From the NCBI GenBank assembly GCA_026770705.1, contig JANJGN010000016.1, positions 88,350,001-88,388,839 of the forward strand: 38,839 nt of DNA, written 5' to 3'. This DNA is from Isurus oxyrinchus. Its lineage: Eukaryota. Below the pieces are notes generated by a model. It ran no database searches, was not told the DNA's origin, and saw nothing but the letters and a program-made list of their open reading frames with translations. The position numbers and the translations under genes are program-made. Of this stretch, positions 10,901 to 23,339 are shown piece after piece; position 1 is the stretch's first letter, and every line of letters starts with the position of its first letter.

Positions 10901-13900
10901 AATGCTTCTTCCCTGTTTTATCCAATACTGCCAGCTGCCTGCTTTCTCCATAATCCCATCCCCACCTCTTCTCAATAATGCCAGACCTTTGTTCTCTTCA
11001 TTCCTGCCAAGCTCCCTGCTCCCTCAAATACTGCTAGCTCCCTGCTCGCTCCAATAATATCCGCTCCCTGCTCCCTCAAATACTGCCAGCTCCCTGCTCC
11101 CCCCAATACTGCCAGCTCCCTGCTCCCCCCAATACTGCCAGCTCCCTGCTCCCCCCAATACTGCCAGCTCCCTGCTCCCCCCAATACTACCAGCACACTG
11201 ATCCCTCCACTCCTGGCAGTGCCCTGCTCCCTCCAATACTACCAGCTCCCTGCTCCCCCAATACTGCCAGCACATTGATCCCTCCCCTCCTGGCAGTGCC
11301 CTGCTCCCTCCAATACTACCAGCTCACTGCTCCCCCCAATACTACCAGCTCACTGCTCTCTCCAATGCTGCCAGATTGCTACTCTCTCCATGATGCCAGC
11401 TCCCTGCTCTCTCTAAGATTAACCAGCTCCCTGCTCCTTCCAATACTGCCAGCTCCCTGAAAACCTCCAAACAACCAGCTCCCTCCAATACTGCCAGCTC
11501 ACTGCTCTCTCGAATACCGACACTTCCCTGCTCCCTCCAATACTGCCAGCTCCCTGCTCACTACACTTCTGCCAGCTCCCTAGTCTCTGCTATGTTGCCA
11601 GCTCCATGGCCCCTCTAATAAATCCAGTTCCTGCTCTCTCCAAAACTGCACTCTCCCTGCTCCATCTAAAAATTCCAGCTCCCTGCTACATCCAATATTG
11701 GAAGCTCCCTCCAATAATGCTTCTTCCCTGTTGTCTCCAATACTGCCAGCTCCCTGCTCGCTCCAATAATGCCAGCTATCTATTTACTCAAAAAGTGCCA
11801 GTCCCCTGTTCCCTCCAATACTGCCAGCTCCCTGCTCCCTCCAATGCCAGCTATCTATTTACTCAAAAAGTGCCAGTCCCCTGTTCCCTCCAATACTGCC
11901 AGCTCCCTGCTCCCTCCAATAATGCCAGCTATCTATTTACTCAAAAAGTGCCAGTCCCCTGTTCCCTCCAATAATGCCGGCTCCATGCTCTCTCCAAAAA
12001 TTCCTGCTCCCTGCTCACTCCAAAAATACCTGCCCCCTGTTCCTTCCAATACAGCCAACTCCCTGCTCCCTCCAATGCTGCCAGATCCCTGCATCCTCCA
12101 ATACTGCCAGCTCTCTGCTCTCTCCAATAATTCCTGACCCTGATCCCTCCAATAACGCCAGCTCACTGCTCACTCCAATAGTGCCAGCCCCCTATTCCCT
12201 CCAATGCTGCCAGCTTACAGGTGGCTCCAATATTGCCAGCTACCTGCTCCATCCAGTACTGCCACTTCCCTGCACCCTCAAATACTGCCAGCTTCATGCT
12301 CCCTCCAATAATACCAGTTTCCTGCTCCCTCCAATAATGAAAATTACTGCTCTCTCCAATACTGCCACCTCCCTGCTCTCTCCAAAACTGCCACCTCCCT
12401 GCTCTCTCCAATACTGCCACCTCCCTGCTCCCTGCAATACTGCCAACTCCCTGAAAACCTGCAAACAACCAGCTTCCTTCAATACTGCCAGCTCCCTGCT
12501 CTCTTGAATGCTGCCAGCTCCCTGCTACCTCCAATACAGCCAGCAGCCTGCTCAATAAAATACTATCAACTCCCTTCTCTCTCAAATACTGCCAGCTCCC
12601 ATTTCCCTCCAATAATGCCAGCTCCCTGCTCACTGCAATGCTGCCAGCTCCCTGCTCCATCCAACCCTGCCAGGTCCCTGCACCCTGCAATATGGATAGA
12701 TCCCTACTCCCCCCAATACTGCCAGCTGCCTGCATTCTCCATAAATGCCATCCCCATCTTTGTTCAATAATGCCAGACCTATGTTCCCTCCATTCCTGAC
12801 AAGCTCCCTGCTCCCTCAAATACTGCCTGCTCCCTGCTCCCTCCAATACTGCCAGCTCACTGCTCTCCCCAATGCTGCCAAATTGCTACTCTCTCCAAAG
12901 ATGCCAGCTCCCTGCTCTCTCCAAAATTCCCACCTCTCTGCTCCTTCAAATACTGCCAGCTCCCTGAAAACCTCCAAACAACCAGCTCACTCCAATACTG
13001 CCAGCTCCCTCGTCTCTCGAATACCGACACTTCCCTGCTACCCCCAATGTTGCCAGCTCCCGGATCACTACACTTCTGCTAACTCCTTGCTCCATCCAAT
13101 AAAGCCATTGACCTGCTGAATAAAATACTGCCACCTCTCTTCTCCCTCAAATATTGCCAGATCCCTGCTCCTCCAATTCTGCCAACTCCCATCTCCCTCC
13201 AATAATGCCAGCTTCCTGCTCCCTACAATACTTCCAGCACCCTGCTCCCTACAATACTGCCATCCCCCTGCTCCATCCAATTATGCCAGATCCTTATTCC
13301 CTCCATTAATGCCAGCTCCCTGCATTCTCCAATACTGCCAGCTCCCTGCACCATCCAATACTGCCAGCGCCCTGCACCATCCAATACTGCCAGCTCTCTG
13401 CTCAATAAAATACTACCACCTCCCTTCTCCCTCCAATACTGCCACATCCCTTCTCCCTCCAATACTGCCACCTCCCTGCTCCCTGCACCTTCCAAAATTG
13501 CCAGCTCCTTGCTCTCTCCAATAATGACACATCGCTCTCTCCAATACTACCAGGACACAAGTGCTTCCAACATTGCCAGCTCCCTGCTCCCTCCACTACT
13601 GGCTGCTCGTTGCACACTCCAATACTGCCAAATCCCTAGTCTCTGTAATATTGCCAGCTTCTTGGCCCCTCTAATAAATCAAGTTCCTGCTCTCTTCAAT
13701 ACTCCATTCTCCCTGCTCCATCTAAAAATTCCAGCTCCCTGCTACATCCCTGCACCCTCCAATACTGCCAGCTCCCAGCTCCCTGCAAAACTGCCAGCTC
13801 CCAGTTCCCTCTTGTAATGCCAGCTTCCTGCTCCCTCCAATAAAGCAAGTTCCTGCTCTCTCCAATACTCCATTCTCCCTGCTCCATCTAAAAATTCCAG

Positions 13901-16900
13901 CTCCCTGCTACATCCCTGCACCCTCCAATACTGCCAGCTCCCAGCGCCCTGCAAAACTGCCAGCTCCCAGTTCCCTCTTGTAATGCCAGCTTCCTGCTCC
14001 CTCCAATAAAGCAAGTTACTGCTCTCTCCAATACTGCCACCTCCCTGCTCTCCGCTATGCTCCCCTTCAACACTGTAAGCTCTCTGCATCCTCCAATATT
14101 GCCAGCCCCCTGCTCCCTCCAATAATGCTTCTTCCCTGTTTTATCCAATATTGCCAGCTCCCTGCTCGCTCCAATAATGCCAGCTCCCTGCTCACTCCAA
14201 AAATTCCTGCTCCACGCTCACTCCAATAATGCCTGCCCCCTGTTCCCTCCAATACAGCCAATTCCCTGCTCCCTCCAATGCTGCCAACTCCCTGCACCGT
14301 CCAATACTGCCAGCTGCTGGCTCGCGCCAATAGTGCCAGCCCCCTGTTCCTTCCAATACTGCCAGTTCACAGGTGCCTCAAATACTGCCAACTACCTGCT
14401 CCCTCCAATACTGCCAGCTCCCTGCTCCCTCCAATACTGCCAGCTCCCTGCTCCATCCAAAACTGCCAGCTCTCTGCTCCCTCCAATAATACCAGTTTCC
14501 TGCTCCCTCCAATACTGCCAGCTCCTTGCTCTCTCCAATACTGCCAGCTCCCTGCTCCCTCCAATACTGCCAGCACTCTGCTCTCTCTAATACTGCCAGC
14601 TCTCTGCTCCCTCCAATACTGCCAGCTCTCTGCTCCCACCAATACTGCCAGCTCCTGGCTCCCTCCAATACTGCCAGCTCCCTACTCCATCCAATACTGC
14701 CAGCTTCCTGCTCTCTCAAATACTGCCAGCACACTGCTCCCTCCCCTACTGACAGTGCTCTGTTCCTGCAACGCGGCCAGCTCACTGGTCTCCCCAATGC
14801 TGCCAGATTGCTACTCTCTCTAAAGATGCCAGCTCCCTGCACCTTCCAATACTGCCAGCTCCCTGAAAACCTCCAAATAACCAACTCCCTCCAATATTGC
14901 CTGCTCCCTGCTCTCTCCAAAATTGCCAGCTCCCTGCTCTCTCCAACACTGCCAGCTCCCTGCTCCCTCCTATACTGCCAGCTCCCTGCTCCCTCCAATA
15001 CTTCCATCTGCCTGCTCCCTCCAATACTGCCAGCTCCCTGCTCCCTGCACTTCTGCCAGCTCCCTGCTCACTCGAATACAGCCAGCAACCTGCTCAATAA
15101 ATTACTACCACCTCCCTTCTCCCTCAAATACTGCCAGATCCCTGCTCCTCCAATTCTGCCAACTCCCATCTCCCTCCAGTAATGCCAGCTTCCTGCTCCC
15201 TACAATACTTCCAGCACCCTGCTTCCTACAATACTGCCATCCCCCTGCTCCATCCAATTATGCCAGATCATTGTTCCCTCCATTAATACCAGCACCCTGC
15301 ATGCTCCAAAACTGCCAGCTCCCTGCTCAATAAAATACAACAACCTCCCTTCTCCTTCCAATACAGCCACCTCCCTTCTCCCTCCAATACTGCCAGCTCC
15401 GTGCTCACTCCAATACTGCCAACTCCCTGCTCGCTCCAATAATGCCAGCTCCCTGCTCCCTCAGATACTGCCAGCTCCGTGCTCACTCCAATACTGCCAG
15501 CTCCCTGCTCCCTCCAGTACTGCCAGCTCCCTGCTCCCTCAAATACTGCCAGTGCCCTGCTCGCTCCAATACTGCCACCTCCCTTCTCCCTCCAATACTG
15601 CCAGCTCCCTGCTCCCTCAAATACTGCCAGCTCCCTGCTCCCTCCAATAATGCCAGCTCACTGCCGACTCCACTACTGCCAACTCCCTGGTCTCTACAAT
15701 ATTGCCAGCTCCATGGTCCCTTCAATAAATCAAGTTCCTGCTCTCTTCAATACTGCACTCTTCCTGCTCTATCTAATAATTCCAGCCCCCTGCTCTTTCC
15801 AATACTGCCAGCCTCCTGCTCCCTCCAATACTGCCAGCCCCCTGCTCCCACCAATACTGCCAGGCCCGTGTTCCCTCCAATACTGCCAGCTCCCTGCTCC
15901 CTGCAATATGGATAGATTCCTACTGCCCCCAATACTGCCAGCTGCCTGCATCCTCCAATACTGCCAGCTCCCTGCTCCCTCCAACACTGCCAGCTCCCTG
16001 CTCCCTCAAATACTGCCAGCACACTGCTCCCTCCCCTACTGGCAGTGCCCTGTTCCTGCAATACTGCCAGCTCACTGGTCTCCCCAATGCTGCCAGATTG
16101 CTACTCTCTCTAAAGATGCCAGCTCCCTGCTCCTTCCAATACTGCCAGCTCCCTGAAAACCTCCAAACAACCAGCTCCCTCCAATATTGCCAGCTCCATG
16201 CTCCCTCCAATACTGCCAGCTCCCTGCTCCCTCCAATACTGCCAGCTTCCTGCTCCCTCCAATACTGCCAGCTCCCTGCTCCCTCCAATACTGCCAGCTT
16301 CCTGCTCCCTCCAATAATGCCAGCTTCCTGCTCACTCGAATACAGCCAGCGATCTGCTCAATAAATTACTACCACTTCCCTTCTCCCTCAAATACTGCCA
16401 GATCCCTGCTCCTCCAATTCTGCCAACTCCCATCTCCCTCCAATAATGCCAGCTTCCTGCTCCCTACAATACTTCCAGCACCCTGCTCCCTACAATACTG
16501 CCATCCCCCTGTTCTGTCCAATTATGCCAGATCATTGTTCCCTCCGTTAATGCCAGCTCCCTGCTCCCTCCAATACTGCCAGCTCCCTGCTACCTCCAAT
16601 CCTGCCAGCTCCCTGCTCCCTCCATTACTGCCAGCTTCCTGCTCCCTGCACTTCTGCCAGCTCCCTGCTCCATCCAATAAAGCCAGTGACCAGCTCAATA
16701 AATTACTACCACCTCCCTTCTCCCTCCAATACTGCCAGCTCCCTGCTCCCTCCAATACTGTCAGCTCCCTGCTCTCTCCAATACTGTCAGATCCCTGCTC
16801 CCTCTAATATTGCCAGCTCCCTGATCCCTCCAATAATGCCAGCTCACTGCCAACTCCAATACTGCCAGCTCCCTAGTCTCTGCAATATTGCCTGCTCCAT

Positions 16901-19036
16901 GGCCACTTTAGTAAATCAAGTTCCTGCTCTCTTCAATACTGCACTCTTCCTGCTCTATCTAATAATTCCAGCCCCCTGCTCCATCCAATACTGCCAGCTC
17001 CCTGCTCCCTGCAATATGGATAGATTCCTACTGCCCCCAATACTGCCAGCTGTCTGCATCCTCCAATACTGCCAGGCCCCTGTTCCCTCCAACGCTGCCA
17101 GCTCCATGCTCCCTCCAATACTGCCAGCTCCCTGCTCTCTCAAATGCTGCCAGCTCCCTGCTCCCTGCAATATGGATAGATTCCTACTGCCCCCAATACT
17201 GCCAGCTGCCTGCATCCTCCATAAATGCCATGCCCATCTCCATTCATTAATGCCAGACCTGTGTTTCCTCCGTTCCTGACAAGTTCCCTGCTCCCTCCAA
17301 TACTGCCAGCTCCCTGCTCCCTCCAATACTGCCAGCACACTGCTCCCTCCTCTACTGGCAGTGCACTGTTCCTGCAATACTGCCAGCTCACTAGAGTCCC
17401 CAATGCCGCCAGATTGCTACTCTCGCTAAAGATGCCAGCTCCCTGCTCTCTCCAATACTGCCAGCTCCCTGAAAACCTCCAAACGACCAACTCCCTACAA
17501 TACTTCCAGCACCCTGCTACCTATAATCCTGCCATTCCCCTGTTCTGTCCAATTATGCCAGATCCTTGTTCCATCCGTTAATGCCAGCACCCTGCATGCT
17601 CCAAAACAGCCAGCACCCTGCTCAATAAAATACAACAACCTCCCTTCTCCCTCCAATACTGCGAGCTCCCTGCTTTCTCCATTACTGTCAGATCCCTGCT
17701 CCCTCTAATATTGCCAGCTCCCTGCTCCCTCCAATAATGCCAGCTCACTGCCAACTCCAATACTGCCAGCTCACTGCCAACTCCAATACTGCCAACTCCC
17801 TGGTTTCTGCAATATTGCCTGCTCCATGGCCCCTTCAATAAATCAAGTTCCTGCTCTCTTCAATACTGCACTCTTCCTGCTCTATCTAATAATTCCAGCC
17901 CCCTGCTCTTTCCAATACTGCCAGCTCCATGCTCCATCCAATACTGCCTGCCCCCTGTTCCCTCCAATACTGCCAGCTCCCTTCTCCCTGCAATATGGAT
18001 AGATTCCTACTGCCCCAAATACTGCCAGCTGCCTGCATCCTCCTTAATGCCATGCCCATCTCCATTCAGTAATGCCAAACCGGTGTTCCCTCCGTTCCTG
18101 ACAAGCTCCCTGCTCCCTCCAAAACTGCCAGCTCCATGCTCGCTCCAATACTGCCAGATCCCTGCTCGCTCAGCGACTATCTGCTCCCTGCTCCCTCCAA
18201 TACTGCCAGCTCCCTGCTCCCTCCAATACTGCCAGCTCCCTGAAAACCTCCAAACAACCAGCTCCCTCCAATATTGCCAGCTCCCTGCTACGTCCAATAC
18301 TGACAGCTCTCTGCTCCCTCCAATACTGCCAGCTCCCTGCTCCATCCAATACAGCCAGCGACCAGCTCAATAAATTATTACAACGTTCCTTCTCCCTCGA
18401 ATACTGCCAGATCCCTGCTACTCCAATTCTGCCAACTCCCATCTCCCTCCAGTAATGCCAGCTTCCTGCTCCCTACAATACTTCCAGCACCCTGCTCCCT
18501 ACAATACTGCCATCCCCCTGTTCTGTCCAATTATGCCAGATCCTTGTTCCCTCCATTAATGCCAGCACCCTGCATGCTCCAAAACTGCCAGCTCCCTGCT
18601 CAATAAAATACAACAACCTCCCTTCTCCTTCCAATACTGCCACCTCCCTTCTCCCTCCAATACTGCCAGCTCCGTGCTCACTCCAATACTGCCAACTCCC
18701 TGCTCGCTCCAATAATGCCAGCTCCCTGCTCCCTCAGATACTGCCAGCTCCGTGCTCACTCCAATACTGCCAGCTCCCTGCTCCCTCCAGTACTGCCAGC
18801 TCCCTGCTCCCTCAAATACTGCCAGTGCCCTGCTCGCTCCAATACTGCCACCTCCCTTCTCCCTCCAATACTGCCAGCTCCCTGCTCCCTCCAATACTGC
18901 CAGCTCCGTGCTCGCTCCAATCCTGCCAGCTCCCTGCTCGCTCCAATACTGCCAGCTCCCTGTCCTCTGCAATACTGTCAGATCCCTGCTCCCTCTAATA
19001 TTGCCAGCTCCCTGTTCCCTCCAATAATACCAGCGA
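7952..19036. repeat. ~11 kb tandem array of a 26-bp unit (CCCTCCAATACTGCCAGCTCCCTGCT) with higher-order duplications
   Basis: The unit is visible throughout; length/26 gives roughly 425 degenerate units. Landmark variants recur at kb scale. Confidence 0.97.
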
Positions 19037-19659
19037 GCTGGATGTGAGTGTTTAATATAAGGGGGTGTTTGTCAGTATATTTTCGATGCTCTATGGTTTC
19101 TGAGCATGGTGGGAGGGGATCAGGGCTCTGTTCTTTGACGTGACGCAGTGATATCTGTCCCAGTCTCTCAGACTGTGATGCTGTTGTTCTCTGTGACTGA
19201 CGCTATGATATTGATTGTAATCTCACTCAGTGTGACACGAGGTTACATGTCTTGATCAGTGGTGAGGGAGGAGCAGACTGAACAAGGAGCTGCAATCATC
19301 AGTCACTGCCGAAATCCTTCACACAGCCCGCACACTCCGCAAACTTCTTCACTAAATATTCTTTCAGCTCCTTAATGAGAGGCCTGGAGCTGAAAAGGGA
19401 AAAAGAGAAAGACATCTTTTCGAGAGGCTCATGGACACAATGTACACTGTACATTACCCACTAATGACACTCTGTCTACATTTAACTCATTGTTTAAGCT
19501 CCAGCCCACCTCCTGTTCCCATCCATATGTTTCAGTCAAGGAGCCTGATAAGCCTCTAGCACAGGAGGAGGCCATTCAGCCCCTTGTGTCTGTGCTAGCT
19601 GTGCACTCGGATCATTCAGAACTAACCTCTCAGTTTAATGTCTGTAATGGGGAAGTGAC

Positions 19660-20700
19660 TGGAACCTGTTATTAGAGACAGAATGAGTGATAAATATGAA
19701 CTGATCAGAGAGAGTCAGCATGGATTTAAAAAGGATCAGACATCTTTAACTAACCTGGTTACATTTTTTAAGGAGGTCACTAATGTGGTAGATCAGGGAA
19801 TGTCTATTCTATTGATATGGATTTCCAGAAGACATTTGAGAAAATTCAACATGAGAGACTGTGAATAAAAATGGAAGCAGATGGAATTTGAGGAAACCTA
19901 TTGCCATGGATGAGGAACTGGTTAGGAGGCAGGAGACAGAGAGTAGGGATAATGTGTATGTGCTCCAATGAGCAAGATGTGAATAGTGATGTCCCCAGGG
20001 ATCTGTGCTGGAGCCTCAGCTTTTCACAATATTTATCAATGATTTGGATGAAGAAATAGAGAGCCATATATCCAAGATTGCTGACGACACTAAGTTAGGC
20101 GGCTTGGAGGAGGTTACAGAGATGGGGAGTGTCGAGGACTGAGAGGGATTTGAGAACAAGGATGAGAATTTTAAAATCGAGACATTGCTGGGCTGGGAGG
20201 TCAGTGAGCACAGGGGGTGATGGGTGAACGGGACTTGGTGTGAGTTCAGATCCGGGCAGCAGAGTTTGGGATGAGCTCATGTTTACCGAGTGTGGAAGGT
20301 GTGACTCCGGCCAGGGCAGCATTGGAATCGTCACGTTTCAGGGAACAAAGACATGGAGGAGATTCTCAGCAGCAGATGGTCAGAGGCAGGCCGGACTCGG
20401 GCGATGTTACTGAGGTGGAAATAGGCTCTCTTAGTGATGGAGCGGATGATGTGGTCAGAAGCTCATCTCAAGGTCAAACTGGACACCATGGCTGTGAACT
20501 GTGTGGTTCAGTGTCAGACAGACCCAGGGAGAGGGATGGAATCGGTGATGAGGGAACAGAGTTTGTGATGGGGACTGAAGACAATGGCAAATGGAGCTCA
20601 ACGTGGGGAGTGTGAAATCATCCACTTTGGACCGAAGAAAGATGGATCAGAGTAATTTGTAAATGGTGAGATGCTGGCAGCTGTGGAGGAGCAGAAAGAT
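19660..20700 (+). mobile_element. CR1-type LINE RT fragment interrupted by an antisense L2-like insert (~20100-20585)
   Basis: LIRESQHGF..SLTNLVTFF, then KIADDTKLG at ~20075-20100. It resumes at ~20585 with WQME.NV..CEIIHFG. The insert matches the L2 copy at 31700-32712 in reverse. Confidence 0.8.
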
Positions 20701-21047
20701 GAGGCCAAGGTTGTGAAGAGTCTGGTTCAGCAGCAGACAGTGCTCAGGGAGAGGGATGGAGTTTGTATCGGGAGCTGAAGACGATGGCTTTGATCTTCCC
20801 AATGTGTTTCCCAGTGAGCCTGCCTCCTCAGTCCTGACTGCTCTTAGCTGCTGTTCTTTTCACTGATTGGACAGTTATTATTACAGATTCAGACCACAGC
20901 AGAAACCCCCAGTGTAAAAAATAACTGCAAAGATTGTCCGATCGCAAGACTGAAACGTAACCAAGAGAGGAAGTGAAAGAAGGAGCTCAGAGCAGCTGGA
21001 TGTTTGTTACTGACACGGGAGAAAACTGTGAACCGTGCCCACTCCCT

Positions 21048-21180
21048 AGAATCTTACAGCACAGAAGGAGGCCATTCAGCCCATCCTGTCTGTGAGTTAC
21101 CCAGTGAGTCCCACTCCCCCTCTCTGTCCCCATAACCCAGCAAATCTTTCCTTTTCAGGTAGATCTCCAATTACCTCTTG
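21048..21180 (-). mobile_element. CR1-type 3' tail fragment
   Basis: AGAATCTTACAGCACAGAAGGAGGCCATTCAGCCC tail motif, also seen at ~5580 and ~19560. Confidence 0.65.
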
Positions 21181-21367
21181 TAGACCTGGGTCCACAGCTC
21201 GAGACTGTCCCAAACCTGGGCTCAAAATTGGCATCTCATTCATTCATTGGAAGACAAAATGCCCGGGGTGGGAAATGGAGCTCAGATCTCCAAACATTCC
21301 CTCTCCCCTCCTGAGGGACACTTCATGCTGGGATACATTTCGATGGAACCTGGGAGCACAACACGGG

Positions 21368-22210
21368 GGAGGCTGTGGGGTAGCGGCAATGTTACTGGAC
21401 CAGTAATCCAGAGGCCCAGGGTAATGCTCTGGGGTCACACCTTCAAACCCCACCCCGGCAGCTGGTGGAATTTAAATTCAATTAATAAATCCAGAATTAT
21501 AATTTAGTCTCAGTCACGGTGACCATGAAACCATTGTCGATTGATGTAAAAACCCATCTGGTTCACTAATGTCCTTTAGGGAAGGAAATCTGCTGTCCTT
21601 ACCTGGTCTGGCCTACATGTGACTCCAGACCCACAGCAATGTGGTTGACTCTTCACTGCCTCTGAAATGTCCTCCCATTTGTACCAAACCGCTATGAGGT
21701 CTAAAAGGAATGAAAGCAGATGGACCTCCCGCCATTGATCTAGACACTGGAAACGACAACAGCAAACTCAGCCCTGTCCACCCTGCAAAGTCCTCCTGAC
21801 TGACATCTAGGGATTAGTGTCAAAATTTGGAGAGCTGTCTCACAGACTAGTCAAGCAACAGCCTGACAGAGTCATCCTCACGGAATCATACCTTACAGAT
21901 AATGTCCCAGACACCACCATCACCATCCCACCAGCAGGACAGGTCCAGCACAGGTGGTGACACAGTGGTATACAGTCAGGAGGGAGTTGCCCTGGGAGTT
22001 ATCAACATCGATTCCCAACCCCATGAAGTCACATGGCAGCAGGTCAAACATGGGCAAGGAAACCTCCTGCTGATTACCACGTACTGCCCTCCCTCAGCTG
22101 GTGAAGCAGTGCCCCTCCATGTTGAACATCACTTGGAGGGAGCACTGAGAGTGGCAAAGGCACAGAATGTACTCAGTGTGGAGGACTTCAATGTGCATCA
22201 CTAAGAGCTG
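21368..22210 (+). mobile_element. tRNA-like/SINE-type head followed by an APE endonuclease remnant of a non-LTR retrotransposon
   Basis: A-box-like TGGGGTAGCGG and a degenerate B-box (TTCAAACCCC), then LVKQQPD.VILTESYL...DR...GG..VVY...TTYCPPS...EDFNVHH (ORF 21902-22204). Confidence 0.75.
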
Positions 22211-22289
22211 CTAGGTGTGTTGAAGCCTCAACTTGATAGCAGGGTATTTGACTGCAGGAGCCATCACCAATGAGAATAATTCTGTCATC

Positions 22290-22912
22290 GACAACATGAA
22301 TTTTTGTAGCGCCTTAACATAAAAAACATCCCAAGAGGTTTCAGAGAGCTGCAGTAAGAGGAACGGGGGAGGGGGTGGGAAGACTTTAGGAAGAGTTGTT
22401 GAAGACTTGGGGAAAGGATGGAGTTTGATGGAGGAGAGAGAAGCCTGGAGAGGGGGAGGGATTAAGGCAGGAATTCAGGGAGCTGGGCCTCGGCGTCTGA
22501 AGGCTCTGCTGTCAATGTTGGGATGAAGGAAGCAGCAATGGGCAGGAGAGCAGAGTCAGAAGGTGGAAGGGTGAGGGAGGGAATGTGAGTCTGCAGCAGA
22601 AACCAGAGGTAGGGAGGAGCGAGGCCATGGAGTGCATTGGAGGGCAGTGAGGTCAGGGATTAGAGGTCAGTGAGGTCAGGGGTAGTGTAGGAACAACACT
22701 TTGTGTGGGACAGGGTATGGAATGCTGCATTTTGGATCATTTGGGGTTTATGGAGCATGGAGAAGATATCGGAATAATGGAGTCAGGAGGCGAGACAAAC
22801 AGGGATAAGGGTTTCTGTGGTCAAGGGGCTGATGTAGTGTAGAGACGGACAATGTTGTGGAGATGGAAATGAGAGGCTTACGGTATGGAGAGATGTGGAG
22901 TTTGAAGTTCAG
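22290..22912 (-). mobile_element. L2-like LINE 3' region, degenerate
   Basis: Reverse of an L2-type tail (TTGTAGCGCCTT...AACATCCCAAG). GGAATTCAGGGAGCTGGGCCT mirrors the L2 at ~32600. Confidence 0.55.
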
Positions 22913-23282
22913 ATACTGGAGGCTCAATGGGAAGGAGGCCCATGTTTACTGGTCCCTATTGGAGGCTCCAGTGGGAAGGAGGCCCATGTTTACTGGTCTC
23001 TATTGGAGGCTCCAGTGGGAAGGAGGCCTATGTTTACTGATCCCTATTGGAGGCTCCAGTGGGAAGGAGGCCCATGTTTACTGGTCCCTATTGGAGGGTC
23101 CAGTGGGAAGGAGGCCCATGTTTACTGGTCCCTATTGGAGGCTCCAGTGGGAAGGAGGCCCATGTTTACTGGTCCCTATTGGAGGGTCCAGTGGGAAGGA
23201 GGCCCATGTTTACTGGTCCCTATTGGAGGGTCCAGTGGGAAGGAGGCCCATGTTTACTGGTCTCTATTGGAGGGTCCAGTGG
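22913..23282. repeat. 44-bp minisatellite, ~8 copies
   Basis: TATTGGAGGCTCCAGTGGGAAGGAGGCCCATGTTTACTGGTCCC restarts at 22957, 23001, 23046 and onward. Confidence 0.95.
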
Positions 23283-23339
23283 GACATGGACACCATGGTT
23301 GATGTTTGGGACAGTTCCTTGTTGTCAATGTGTGATTGA

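Noticed and set aside
7808-19047. Dozens of ORFs with LQYCQLPAPSNTASS / GAGSWQYWREQ repeats
   Set aside because: They are translations of the 26-bp satellite in all frames and both strands. The unit is not a multiple of 3 and there is no splice structure.
19040-19330. Possible regulatory island with TGACGT motifs after the array
   Set aside because: Only short motifs expected by chance, with no supporting structure.
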